This document shows positions 47,950 to 61,350 of a stretch of DNA of 64,000 nucleotides, in pieces. The stretch is from Octopus sinensis (taxonomy: Eukaryota), in assembly GCF_006345805.1 (NCBI RefSeq), contig NC_043005.1, forward strand, positions 31,310,001 through 31,374,000, in the 5' to 3' direction. The number at the start of each line of letters is the position of its first letter. Position 1 is the first letter of the stretch. The notes under the pieces are model-generated. The model made no database searches, was not told where the DNA came from, and saw only the letters and a list, made by a program, of their open reading frames with translations. A program made the translations under genes and the position numbers.

Positions 47950-49270
47950 TGATTTATATTTCGACCACAAGGGTCAAAAACAGGACAATACAAAATGGAA
48001 TGCGGTGTCCAGGTAAGCGAATGGTATTTACATAATGAATTTAAAAAAATTACGAAAATATATCGAATGAGAGGACGAACAAAGCACAGTACAGTTATGA
48101 CCCCGCAAGACGCGTTCCTCCACTGAAACCTTTTTGCTAACATTTTATGGACACACTCATGAACCTTTCGTTTCCAACAACCATACCACTTGCTTCCATC
48201 TTTTCTCATACGTATCCGATGACAGGTATCTCCTTTCTAGCCTTATTCTCCTTCATAGAAGGGAGATAAACCAGTTCATCAGACATTGGCCAGAAATAAG
48301 ATACCTGTCACCATACCTTTCATCCTCGCTCTCCATATAACCTCTTTCGCTATACCAACTACAGTGAGAAAACAAACTTTACCCTCTTTGTTCAGCGGGG
48401 GCGGTGGAACAATCTTTATAACTGACTCGGACGACAGCTGTACTCTTCCAGCAGTCGTTCGACGAAAACCTACAGTTCTGAAATTCCCGAACATTGCAAG
48501 AATGCGTGCGGAACGGTTTCCTTGTACCACCCACATCTTGGGCAGTTGGGTGAACATGAGACACCATGTCTTGCGAGTTTATCATGAACAGGTAGAGCTC
48601 CTCGGTAACATTGCCAGGCAAGGGACCTCTGGAAGTTGTCCAGGGGTCCTGGCCCGAATGTCCTCTGGAATAGGTTGGTTAGTTGACCTTTGTCGAAGTC
48701 CAGGGTTTACCCCCCCCCCCCAGCGTGTAGTCATACTTGGCCTCTACTATCTCTCTATAGAATGACGAGGTGGAACCCACGCTACCAGCATTGCCCGTGC
48801 AGAGAGAAGAGCACAAGTGCCTTGCGACACTCGGCCTGCCAAGCACCCAGCTTTAGTCTACGTTTGATCCACTGTTCTAGTTCACTAAAACTAGTGAACC
48901 TGGGAAGCAACATTTTGTCGAACAGAGACCACACCCGTTCAGCATCCAGGTAGAGCCAGAGATGCCTTAGCCTCAGCGCGTGCTTGCGCATCATCAACCA
49001 CGGCATTCATAGCCCACCCTTTAGCGGTTGTTGGCAACAGATAGAGCGCCTTACAAGTGGACCGTTGCCCTTCCACAAAAAGTGGAAGACCTATCGTTCC
49101 ATCTTGTTTAGTTACAAATCGGGGTAAGGCACGACGGTTAGGGGGTAGGTAATCACAGATGCGATGAACACATTTGCGACCTCCGCCCTCCCTTTCAGCT
49201 ATAGCCACCACTCAGACCAGGTCTGGGTTAGATGGGCCACCCTATCCGTGACCTCGCTCCAATTTATCTA
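47950..49270 (-). mobile_element. 5'-truncated Tx1-clade LINE (ORF2 3' part plus 3' UTR)
   Basis: LKGRAEVANVFIASVITY, LAWQCYRGALPVHDKLARHG..CPRCG..ETVPHAFLQC (zf-RVT-like), IAKEVIWRARMK, RRIRLERRYLSSDTYEKRW; stop at ~48150. Confidence 0.85.
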
Positions 49271-50107
49271 TAACTGTAGGTTATTGTTGTTGACAATGTA
49301 TTCTGGAAACATGTTTTTATACCATCATTGATTTTTGTATTACAATATTTGTAATATGTTTTTAGATGTTGCTGTTATTTTTCACTTTCAGACTTAGCTA
49401 ATCTAAAAGTAAATTAGACATGGTTAGAATATTTACTAACAGACGCATGTACACGTACCCTCAAACAAAAGAGTAAAACCTGTCAAAGCAGTTATAAAGC
49501 GTGAAATAATGATATCAGTTTGTGCTTCTAATTTCAATGTATATTTTACGTTTTAAGTCTTGTTTCTTCTCGAATTATCATTGCCTGTGTTTTTTTCCTT
49601 TATCAGAAATATCCATTTTAAGAAGCACATAAGTTATAGCCACGGGTTATTATCATCGCATCAATAAAATACAGACATACGAAGAAGGAAAGACACACAA
49701 ACAAACAAACAAGAAACAAACGCATACGCGCTAAACATTACAAAACCTAAAATTATATTTCTACAATGTAAAAATCAAAAATGTTAATAGAGCAAAACGT
49801 AAAAACTTAATGTTTCTTCTGTAAAAAAGAGAAAACGAACGTTCAGCAATTTCGAACGATTATTTGCATGGCATGTTAACTAATATAACGATAAAGTAAT
49901 ATATTACCTACAGCTGTAGAAACATCAGATAAACGGTTGAAATATAGTATTTTTTATGAGCATAAGTTAATGTTTGTTTTCTTATACATGAACATATCTT
50001 GTAGATATTTTTCATTATAAGATATGCGTTGCAAAATATATTGTTCACTATCTTGCTTCCTTCTTGAAACCACACACACACACACACACACACGCGCGCG
50101 CACACAC

Positions 50108-50949
50108 AAGAATGGTTGATGAAAAGTTTCTAGCTTTAAGGGTTTCGTGAAAGGGTAGAGCTTTACAACTTCACAACTACCCATATTACTTTAAAGTGAA
50201 AATTTATGTGTCAAGGTTTCGGACTGGTCATTTTGAGGTCACAGATGAACCCCGGTCAGGATAGCCAACTTTCGATATCAAAGACGATTTTGGACCGGTT
50301 TGCAGCGAATGAGGCTGATTTTATGGCTTGTCTAATCACTATTGATGACACTTTGCTTCATCACTATGATCCCCAGACCAAGAAGTTTCGGACCCAGAAG
50401 TCAGCTGGAAAGATACTGGCTTCAGTGTTCTAGGACAAAGATGGAGTACTTCTCATAAAATACCTGCCAAAGGGTCGCACCATCAACGCAGAATACTACA
50501 TGTCTCTGTTAGACGAACTGCATGAAGGTTTGAAGCAGAAATAGATAAACGCAGTGGAAAGCTGAGCTATGGTGTCCTGTTTTTTGGAGGACAATGTACC
50601 AGCACACACAGCACATAAAACTGTACAGAAAATGCGTGACTTTGGCTTCGAATTGGTAGGCCTCTCACTTTACTCTCCTGACTTGGCCACCTCCGACTAT
50701 CAGCCCTTTCCACAACTGAAGAAACATCCCAAGAGAACGAAACTTCTCTTCGATTCAGAAGTGATTGCTGCTACAAAGACCTGCTTTAAGGCCCAACCTT
50801 CCGAGTTCTTTTTACAGAGCTTAGAAAAACTGAAGGACCACTACAATAAGTGAAAGAGATTTATATTGAATAAAATATAAAATTATAATCAACTGATACC
50901 CCAGTATGTTCTTTTACTCAAAGCCAGGAACGTTTCAGCATTCCCTCGT

Positions 50950-50950
<1 letters not shown>
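50108..50950 (+). mobile_element. Degraded mariner element with DD34D transposase remnant
   Basis: LITIDDTLLHHYDP, KSAGKILASVF, INAEYY, LEDNVPAH, YSPDLATSDY. Right TIR ccaggaacgtttcagcattccctcg-ta; left TIR degraded. Confidence 0.9.
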
Positions 50951-50982
<32 letters not shown>

Positions 50983-51064
50983 TATATGTATATGTATATA
51001 TATATATACATATGTGTATATATATATATGCGTGTGTGTATGTATGTATGTATATGTATACGAT

Positions 51065-52330
51065 ATCATAAGCATTGGGACGGTAAAACACGAAGACAGA
51101 CGTAACATGTCCAACAAAAAGGAAGTAAACAATGAAAGACAACAGACCCAGACTGTAGAAATGTATGATAATAAGCAAAATGCACCAAACCAATCAGAAC
51201 ACCACATACAGAAATATAATATAATTGGGAGGGAATACGAAACAAATCTAAAACTTGGAAACGGCGAAGGTGAAACTAATGATTCTGATACTCTAAAAAT
51301 GAGCATGATCAAAGAACTGAAAGCCACATATCTCAGTATAGACTACCGATTGTACCTCCCAAGAATTAAAGTTCATAATAAAACAACACCAACAATAAAT
51401 ATCATGAACCTGGCCGTCACAGAACTAATATTCACAGAAACAAATGTCAATATGGCCAGGTTAAATGATATAATAAATGTAGCAGCCTCGGTGGCCACAA
51501 AAGAAGCTGGATACCCCTCTCAAACCCATCCAAAGAGGAGTATCACCACCAAGCTCAGGACTTAAAGTAAAGACTGAAAAATTTTTAATTGCAGCACAAG
51601 ATCAAAGCCTCCATTCCAGAAATTACCAAAGCATTCAATGAAAAGAAATACAACTAAATGCAGAATATGTACTGACGGAGAAGGAACAATAAATCATATT
51701 GTGTCTGGCTGCCCATTCCTGGCTAAGAAGGAATATATTCAAAGACACGAGAGAGTTGGGACCTACATACACTGGAATCTGTGCCAACACTACGTAATAA
51801 CAACAGAAAAAAGATGGTATAGGCACACACCAGTAACGGTCACAGAAAATGAGAAAGCGACCATACTCTGGGAAATGCCAATACACGCAGATAGAAAAAT
51901 TAAGGCCAATAGGCCGGATATAGTTGTCAGAGGTCATGGAAAAAAAGAAATACTAATTGATGTGTCAATGCCAACAGATGACAATATTTCTCTAAAAGAA
52001 ACAGAGAAACCTTCAAAATACAAATACTTGGAAATAGAGGTAACTAGAATGTGGAGCCTAAAAACACAAGTAATCCCTAACATAGTAGACACATTAGGTA
52101 TGATAAAAATATTCAGACAAATGCATAACAAAAACACCAGGACTGAGAAGGTATATTTAACATACAGAAAATAGCACTAGTAGACACCGCACACATCCTA
52201 CGTAAAATACTTTCACTACAGTAAAAATGAGACCATCACAAGAAACTACAGCACATACCCAAGGTACACAGAACTGCACTGGGTAGTGCAGTGAAAGTAC
52301 GTGATAAATGTAAGAATACTGAATGAGGAT
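51065..52330 (+). mobile_element. R4/Dong-like element with RT deleted (N-terminal piece, CCHC, REL endonuclease, 3' UTR) ending in (TAA)n
   Basis: IAAQDQSL, CRICTDGEGTINHIVSGCP, RPDIVV...LIDVSMPTD...KYKYLEIEVTRMW; (TAA)n at ~52328-52360. Confidence 0.88.
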
Positions 52331-52369
52331 AATAATAATAATAATAATAATAATGATGATGATGATAAC

Positions 52370-53760
52370 AATAGCAAGGTATGAAAAGCGAGTTAGAGTC
52401 TTGAAGGACAACAGTGTGTTAAAAAATAACCCCATAAAGTTTTACAGGAAGATAGGGAAAACACCAGTTACAGTAAAGTCTGTCCCATCAAAAGATGTAC
52501 AGGGATTTTGGAATAAAGTTTGGGCTGAAGAAAAACGCACAATGGAAAGGCACCTTGGATTGATAGAATATCTACAGACTTAGACTCCTAGGAGGAGCAA
52601 AAGTGGGAGGGTTTCAAGGTAGAAGATATAAGATCTGCTCTTAGGAGGTCAAGCAAATGGAAAGGATATAATTCCTAACTTCTAGTTGAATGTCTTCCCA
52701 GAGAGCCATGTACTGCTAACAGAAATTTACAACGATGTTTTGCAACACCCTAGTATGATGCCCTCTTGGCTAGTTAATGGTTTAACATTCCTGCTTCCAA
52801 AAAATGAAGAAACAAATGAACCAAAAAATTAAACATCCATAATCTGCTTAACAGCAATGTATAACACGCTAACATCTGTCCTGACTGAATATACCTATAG
52901 TTTTTTAACAGAAAGCAGCATATTCCCCAATGAGCAAAAATGATGTAAACATAGATCCTATGGTTGTAAAGACCAGCTACTCATCAATAAGATGATCTTA
53001 GAAGCTTGTCACAAACAACACAAAAACTTGTCAACAGCCTGGATAGACTATAAAAAAGCTTTTGATAGTCTACCACATAGCTGTATTAAGAAATGTCTGG
53101 AAATCTATAAAATAGCGCCTACTCTGCAAAACTTTTTGTCTGTAAGTATGAGATCATGGAGAACCACACTTACTTTGAACAGTGACAATGAATCTCTAAA
53201 TGGTGGTGATGTAAAAATTTCATGTGGCATTTTCCAGGGTGACTCACTATCACCACTCCTCTTTTGTTTAGCCTTACTACCTCTCTCGAAATTGCTCAAT
53301 GATGTACAGTACGGATATAAAATGTTTGACAAAAATATATATCATTTCATTTAAATGGATGATATAAAACTCTTTGCAAAAACTGACCAACAACTTAAGG
53401 GCTTACTAGCGATTGTTAAACAATTCAGTGATGACATCAGAATGCAATTTGGCCTCGATAAATGTGCAAAAGCTAACTTTATCGAAGGAAAAATGACAGA
53501 AACATCTAACGTTAACCTTAACCAGCAGAATGTCGTAGAAGAGTTAGACACAGTGGAGAGCTACAAATACCTAGGGGTACTTGAAAGGGACGGAATCAGG
53601 CATTTAGTGATGAGGGAAAGGATCAACAGAGAATGTTATCGCAGAGTGAGAGCAATACTCAAGTCAGAGCTGAATGCAAGGAACAGGATCGAAGCGATCA
53701 ATTCCATACCAGTCATTAACTGGTCAATTACTGAAATATGTAATTTTGACAGAAAAATAC
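52370..53760 (+). mobile_element. R4/Dong-like RT fragment
   Basis: GCKDQLLINKMILE, AWIDYKKAFDSLPH, GIFQGDSLSPLLFCLAL, MDDIKLFAK, MQFGLDKCAK, YKYLGV, ILKSELNARNRIEAIN. Confidence 0.92.
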
Positions 53761-54171
53761 GAAAACTGTCGACAATGCATAGAATGTCAATAGTATGTCT
53801 AAATGCTCAACCTTATCAAGGATTACAATATGTACGAGGAGTAGAGACAAAAATGATGCTATGACCAACCTACAAAAAACACGCGCGCATTATCGATGGA
53901 CAAGGAGGCTTGTAGTGAAATTTATCTTGTGGGTTATATACAATACCTACATTATCTTCCAGTCACTCGATCCAGAAAATGCTAAGTACACCTTCCGATA
54001 ATGTCTGGATGAGCACAACCTGGATCTGGTAGGTGAATACAGAAGTAAAGTTGTCCGCCGTGAATCCAGAGAACATGAAGTGCCTGCTCGACTCCTAAAC
54101 GTTGGATTGCACCATCCAGAGGTACCCGGGGGGTGGATCCACTTCTGCAAACGCAAATAGTGAATCAAATA

Positions 54172-54570
54172 AAGGCGGCGAGCTGGCAGAATCGTTAGCA
54201 TGCCGGGCGAAATTCTTAGCGGTATTTCGTCTGCCGCTACGTTCTGAGTTCAAATTCCGCCGAGATCGACTTTGCCTTTCATCCTTTCGGGGTCGATTAA
54301 ATAAGTACCAGTTACGCACTGGGGTCGATATAATCGACTTAATCCGTTTGTCTGTCCTTGTTTGTCCTCTCTGTGTTTAGTAAAGAAATAGGTATTTCGT
54401 CTGACTTAAGTTCTGAGTTCAAATTCCGCCAAAGTCGATTTTACCTTTCATTCTTTTGGGGTCGATAAAATAGCTATCAGTTGAGTAGTGGGAGAGGGGC
54501 GATGTAATCGACTTACTTCAGCCCATTCCGAAATTGCTGGCCTTGTGCCAAAATTTGAAATCAATATCTA
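54172..54570 (+). mobile_element. SINE family 1, full copy followed by a partial second copy
   Basis: Head ggcggcgagctggcagaatcgttagc at 54174; the second copy starts internally at ggtatttcgtctg (~54390). Confidence 0.9.
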
Positions 54571-54859
54571 GCTTAGCTCGCTATAAACGGATTAACTGAA
54601 GAATATTCAGCCGAGAATCCAACATGTGGATTTGGTTTGACGGAAAATGAAGTTTTATTTTTCTGTGTGTCTAACAAAATAACATTAGAGAAAACATGAA
54701 GTCGGTTTCAGTTGATATAAAACCTGTAATGATGAAAATAAAATGATCCTTTCATGGGATGAGTTGTTCTATCGTCTCTTAACTAGATTCATGAAAGGTC
54801 AGATAAATCTCCACATCAATTAGTTTATAAAGTTCTATATTTAAGAGATGGGGAATTAC

Positions 54860-55330
54860 GTACAAAGACGAAACATGCCGTTTCCTCAAAATAAGGGAAG
54901 AGGAACATCGCAAAGCTGTGACATGAGGAGATATTGATAAATCGTGTATGCTGATCATGTATGGAAAAATGGAAACCACCTCCCCCTGTGGGATGAAGTT
55001 AAAATAATAGATAGGGAACAGCACTGGAAAATACGAAAACTAAAAGAAGCAGCACATATGCTAGGACACAACAACCCCCTAAGAAGACCGAGTGTAGATA
55101 TGAGTAGCATATGGGAACCGGTATTATGGAAGGATAGGATAATATTAGATTTATAAGCCCTAAAATTCACTCCATAATTACAGGCAGTGACCTGAATGAT
55201 AATAATAATAATAACATCGAAAAATACCTTAGGAGTATGAACAGGTTCGAAATTTCCTCAAGACATGAAAGCTGGAGGGTATATCAGCCGAACCGTTGTG
55301 TTAACAACAAAGAAGAAAAGGACAAATATC
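54860..55330 (+). mobile_element. Penelope-like GIY-YIG 3' end with degenerate hammerhead-type tail
   Basis: IREEEHRKAV...IADHVWKNGNH...EVKIIDREQHWKIRKLKEAAHM. Downstream gctggagggtatatcagccgaaccgttgtgt resembles a decayed stem II/GAAAC motif. Confidence 0.8.
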
Positions 55331-56087
55331 CGTCAAGTGTAAATAATGTATGAATTAGTTTGATCGATCAGTTTTCTGTCCCACCGACACGAGCAGATTC
55401 TCCAGAGGAAACACAATTAAAAGCATTTATCTATATAATTCAATTGCTAATCCGATGAAACAGGACAGTCGTGGGAGCGCTAGAGATGTCATATGAACGA
55501 TATGATTCATATCTTTTTTGCCTCTGTCATATACAAGTAAATATCAGAATACGGGTGAGGAAGAAACATCTGTTCAACAATCATAACTAATGATGTCTAA
55601 GGTCGATGTCAATACGAATTGCCGAGGCCGAGTTTTAAACATTGTCCTCTTATAACAAATCTGTTTCTCTCCTCAACTCATTCTTTCTCTCGATGCCTCC
55701 ATCTCCTTCACACATTTGTATAGAACCATTAGTATGTATATGTCTATGTGAGCGTGTGGGTTTGCGTGGGGTGTGTATGTCAGTGCATGCAGTGTATTTA
55801 TGTATGTGTTCGTGCATATATATAGACAGAAATAGGGGGAGAGAAGAGAGAATCTGTGCGTATGAGAGAGTGTAAGAGAGAGAACGATATTCATGTATAG
55901 TTATAAATTGACATATATAACACACACACATGCGTTCATCTATGTATGTATACACATATGTATGTATGTATATCATTATTCAGTTTTATTTAAACATTTC
56001 TTGCCAATAGAGAGAGTCGGTTTCTAACCTAGATCTAAGGTTCCTTCATTGGAATTTCAACATCAACAGGGTATGTATGTATGTATG

Positions 56088-56119
<32 letters not shown>

Positions 56120-58039
56120 TGTATGCATGTATGTATGTATGTATGTATGTATGCATGCATGCATGCATGCATGTGTGTGTGTGATAGATATATAGATAGA
56201 TTTAATAACCTACAAAGCAGTGTTGCTACTAACTATTTATTTGTCGTCTGTACACACTAGAAAATTGCCATTTAAAACGTGTCGTTGTATGGATCTGGTG
56301 TTAAGCGATCGATATTGTGACTGCCTTTCTCCGACACATCAAAAAAATGTGTTTGCTGTAATTCTTTAATAGACACGATACATGGATATTTATATCAAAT
56401 AAAATGGCATGTTTCCATTATCTTACTTATATTAATTAGTTTGTTGGTCCCAGACGATAGGAAGGTTAATAGCCATGTCGGGATGTGTAGAATAACGAAT
56501 TCCAGGAATCAAACGAGATGTTAACAAGCACATAAGTTTGTTTACCCACTCTATTCTCTTCTACCACCTTTTCTGTACGCTGTAGTTACAGACCACGAAA
56601 GAGCAATTATGCAGTTGTTTATCCTGCTAGAAATAAAAGTCCAGCTCTTTCAAACCACATATGAAAATAGGAAAAAAGATTATTTGATACTTAAGTCCAA
56701 TATCCTTCTAAATGTGAAATTGTCACGGGTGGAATTAACATGTCTGCTAGGATTAAACTTCAGGATTAACAACAGAAACAGTTTAAAATAACCCTACGAA
56801 AGAGACCCTATGTAGCATCTGACATTCTAGAAATATTAACCTGCTTCGAATCACACCTTGAAGATGTTAAAATAAGTAGGCCTCAGATGATGTAAGTTTA
56901 GATACATTATGCCTGAATAAAGTACGACATGGGGTTGGAAAGTCTTTAATGAATTAGTGCTAACATGGAGTCCAATTTTACAGGCAATACCTAAACAATT
57001 TACTGCAATATTTTGTATAGATAGCCAATTCCAGAAATATGTTGCCAAACTCACTAAACAACATAACTTATTATTCACTAAAATAAACAATCAATAGCAC
57101 ATTTAATACTGAATACTACGTCTAACTCTAATACAACACAAATATAACTAACAATACATCATTCAATGGTCAACCACATATATAAGAACATCCTCGTTAA
57201 ACTATATCTCACCAAACTAATTCCATAATCCTGATGTATCACATTGTTGAGCAATGGACTTCTAGAATAATTAAATCGTAAGGCACGAATTAATGTCGTA
57301 CGATATTTGTGTTCATAATTTGTTGACTTTAAATCCCATTGAGGTCAACTTTGCAGTATCAATAAAATAAAGTATCAGTCACCTGCAGAGATCCACTTAA
57401 TTGACTGACACACTTCATAACTTTCAGGCCATCTGATTATGTTATAAATAACTATTATTTGTCACAATGCTACATTCGTATTACTAACGATTGAACAAAC
57501 TATACCGCTGACCTCCTATGACATTGTAAACATAACTCAGCATCCATCACAAGACATCATTGCTATAAAATACTTTCTACCGTTACACACATAACTAACT
57601 ATCTACCAACTGTCATCTACCTCATGGGGGAACAATGCACTAAGGACATCAATGCATAACATACATTGATTAGCATTGCACCATAAATACATCAAACTTC
57701 TTGGTCATTGCCCACTCCTATCACAGCACATTACCCATGTTAATAACAATCTCCTAGATTCATAACTATTCATCTTCCATCAGCTTATATCATCATGTAC
57801 CACAATAATTCCCCATATAAATAACCATCTCTACAGCACACATATAAAGAACAATCTACCTTAGAATACCGTCCAGACAAAGAAATATCTATCACTATAC
57901 ACCGTCCACAAACAGCTATCATAAATATCACATGGCCTTTACCAGTTCACCCTGTTCATAAATACTTCAGAAAAATAACTCAACACAGAGAAAACTCAGG
58001 AATTGTATTTATTGATTTTATTCTCAAATTCTCAGCTCT

Positions 58040-58860
58040 GCACTAAATGCATTTGAAAGTGTTGCTGTGCTCCTCCGCCGCCCTCTTTTCATTCTATAGT
58101 CAATGACCTACTTGCTGCCATACCGCAACTCTCTTATGAAGATAACAATAGGATCCCTCATTTCTTCTTATCTTGCCCCAACTATATTTCATCTACAGAT
58201 AATCTAGATATCACACTCCTTTTAACTTGATTTACGAATGGAGACCTTCAGAGTATCCTCCAGTGGGTGCCATGTCAATCATATCTTTTTGAACAACCAC
58301 CAAATAACTTGAGCATTCATATCAATAAAATACCCATCTACTATAAATAAATATTAATGGCACTTACAGCACCCACGTTCGCTACAAACACTGGAACATA
58401 CTATCGCCGAAGATATTTCCTATCCTGGTGAAAGCACAGCCTTAGCATAGCTGGGACTACATTCCCAAAAGTGGGACTTCTCTTCAGGGCCAGAAAATAT
58501 TTCAGCTCTGAACAGCTATTGATATTCTACGTGTTTCAAGTGAAACCCACAGTGGAGTGCCGCTCCCAAATTTGGCACCGTGCTACTGTCACACACACAA
58601 ACATCCAGGACTGCATCCAGAAACCATCCACTCAATTAGCTGAAATTTAAACACCTCTCTCTCCTTCATTTCTTTTGCTACTATAACGTTGTCTCTTCTT
58701 AAGTTTTTGCTGATCTCGTCCTTCCATATTCATGTATCTCTACCCACTCACTCTTCACCTTTAGTCAGCCTCTCCCTGTAATAACCGATATGCCCTTTCT
58801 TTCCCTTCACAGAATATTTATCCCTCTGAAACCTTCACCCTGCCGGTGTTAACCCGCAAT
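58040..58860 (+). mobile_element. Highly decayed CR1/Jockey-group LINE RT 3' region
   Basis: KVGLLFRARKYFSSEQLLIFY..QVKPTVE..SQIW (~58450-58580) and a preceding PLFILxxNDL-like segment. Confidence 0.5.
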
Positions 58861-60019
58861 AATTGAAATGGAACATTACTGGCACTGAGTTCACTGGTCT
58901 CGGACAACCTATAAAGGTCATGAGAAAATTCCTTTCTCTTGATTCGGCGAGTAAAAAAACCAGAACTTGACATTCAACAATTAGATAATAACAGCAAAGC
59001 AAGAAAAAATTGTTGCTACTTGAACACTGACCGCCCAGTAACCAAGACTACATTAACCTCAGTCTAGACAGTCAGCGGTGATTTGGCAAATAAACAAGAC
59101 ATATCTAAACAACAACAAATGGACAAACATTTGCTCCCAACATAAATCACAAAACAAACAATGAAATACAATATACAGAGAAAGATTAGCAACATCAGCA
59201 ACTGCAACAACAGTTACACACAACATGGCATGGCACAATAACAAACTTAAATAATTTATTATATTGCTACATTGAGTACTTTTCTTGTTAGATATTTTCT
59301 GAAAATCAGTCGCCAATGACTACGCAAAGAAGACAGAATCACAAAACGAAATCATACCCAGATTCCATCTGACATTGACGAAGTATTATAGAAGCCTAAA
59401 ACTCAAAAAGACAGAATTTCACGAAAATAGACCTTAAACACCTTGGAGCTGAAGGAATAATTGCACTCACCAGTATGTACGCCTACGAACAATGTAAAAT
59501 TTCTTGAATTTAGAAACTAGAAAAATTATATGTTGAAATTCCCTGAAAATCCAAACTAAACTCACATCCCATACCCATTCCGGGCCGATTAAAAGATGCG
59601 AAGATCTCAAAATTTCCCAAAAGGGATACTAAAGCGCATGTATTGCAAATCTTGTCCAGTTCACGTCTATTTATACACTTCACTTCCAAGGCTCATATCG
59701 TGGTGAAAAGTGAAGGAGGGGAAAACAGAATCAGATTATTTACCCATTTAGTAGTTCCGAAGACCGGACAACTCGATCTTGATTGAATTTTGAGTTTCCT
59801 TTGACAAGCCAAGAGCTGGCCCTCGGATTTCCACATTAAAGAAATCTTCATCAAAAGTTTATGTCTCCGAGTGCTGCCATATTAATTTTTAATGTTTCGG
59901 CACTTTGAAAGTTTTGGCACCTGAATGTTTTCCATTTTTTTTATTTATATTCCTTATCAGCACAAAGTTTGGGGCAGGTGTGCTTCCTTGGTGTTGATAA
60001 TAGACTTTCCAATACCATC

Positions 60020-60300
60020 TGATAAGATGTGGGTACCAAACAAACTGAGAAATATCAGGAACTAGCCAGGGAGAGGAAGAGATGGTGGAAGAATAAGATG
60101 ACAATCATTTCTGCGGTAAGTGGTGAGATTGGCATTACACCCAAACGGCTATCTAAGAGGCTTAGGGATACTGGAGTCAAGACTTGTATTGGTAAACTGC
60201 AAAAGTGCAATCCTGTATTCTGCAAGAATCCTGAAAAAGATTCAAGAAATTTGTGAAGACTTCTCACAAAACCTTGACAAAAAAACCCAGGTAAAGGATG
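60020..60300 (+). mobile_element. REL-type non-LTR retrotransposon 3' end (R4/Dong-like)
   Basis: EKYQELARE..RWW...IISAVSGEIG..PKRL..RL..TG...IGKLQK, with LYSARILKKIQE in the next frame, followed by (GAT)/(TAA) repeats. Confidence 0.75.
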
Positions 60301-60321
60301 ATGATGATGATGATAATAATA

Positions 60322-61350
60322 AATGCCCTGATGCAGTACCAGCCATTGGCTCTCATGGGTTTTGATCTTTACGTTATCATGTACATGTTTTGTCTTGGTA
60401 TGAAAAAAAAAGCTGGGCTACAGCACATATTCTGCTCAATACCACAGATTTGCTTGACCTTAACCAGTTGAGTATGCCCCTTAGTAGCTGAGGATATGTG
60501 CATCCCTGATCACAAGTAGAAATAGTGGGGGAGCCCAATAGCCATGTGTTGAGAGGAATTGGGATGGTTAAATAATTATCCCCAGGAAACAGGTGTTTTT
60601 TGTTCCATATCCTTAAACAGTCCTTATTCATGGGCTTCTCGATCTGAAAACATTCTTACTGGGCCCCATCTGCAAGGTCATGCGCTATTTATCTTGATAT
60701 GAAAACACCATGACGCACACATATGGTTGTGTTGCATGTGCCTGGTGAACCGTTATCAAACAGGTAGTGATGATGGATGTATTGGGTTTCGTATATTTGT
60801 ACCGCAGTGTCACTTTGGTGGTATGCACTGCTCTCTCACTCACTAATATAAATAATAATAATAATAATAATAATAATGCATCATGCCCTGATGCAGTACC
60901 GGGCAGTGGCTCCCGTGGCTTCTGATCTTAACTGATTGGAAGTGCTATCATGTACATTGCTTTGTTAAGGTATAAAAGATGGGCTACAGCAAATATTCTG
61001 CTCAATACCACAGATTTGCTTGTCAGTTGTTTGACCTTAATCAGTTGACCATGTCCCTTAGTGGCTGACGATATGTGCATCTCTGATCATGAGCCGAAGT
61101 AGTGGGGGAGCATCATAGCCATGTGTTGAGAGGGATTCTTTGGGGTTTGAATAATTCACCTCTGGAAACATGGGTGTTTCGTTGAACGTCCTTAAACAAC
61201 CCTTATTCAGGGACCTTTTGAGCGAGATGGGTTACTCGACCAGAAGAAAATTCTAACTGGGCCCTACCTGCAAGGTCATGAGCTGTTTATCTTGATATGG
61301 GATCACCATGTCGCGCACATATGGTTGTGATGCATGTGCCTAGTGTATCT
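60322..61350. repeat. Two diverged direct copies of a ~480 bp repeat separated by (TAA)n
   Basis: Both start atgccctgatgcagtacc (60322, 60882) and share gggctacagca.atattctgctcaataccacagatttgctt and agtagtgggggagc...tagccatgtgttgagagg. Confidence 0.85.

Noticed and set aside
56600-59700. Scattered LINE-like peptides (e.g. LKHLGAEGIIALT at ~59440)
   Set aside because: Too decayed to delimit or classify, apart from the 58040-58860 segment.
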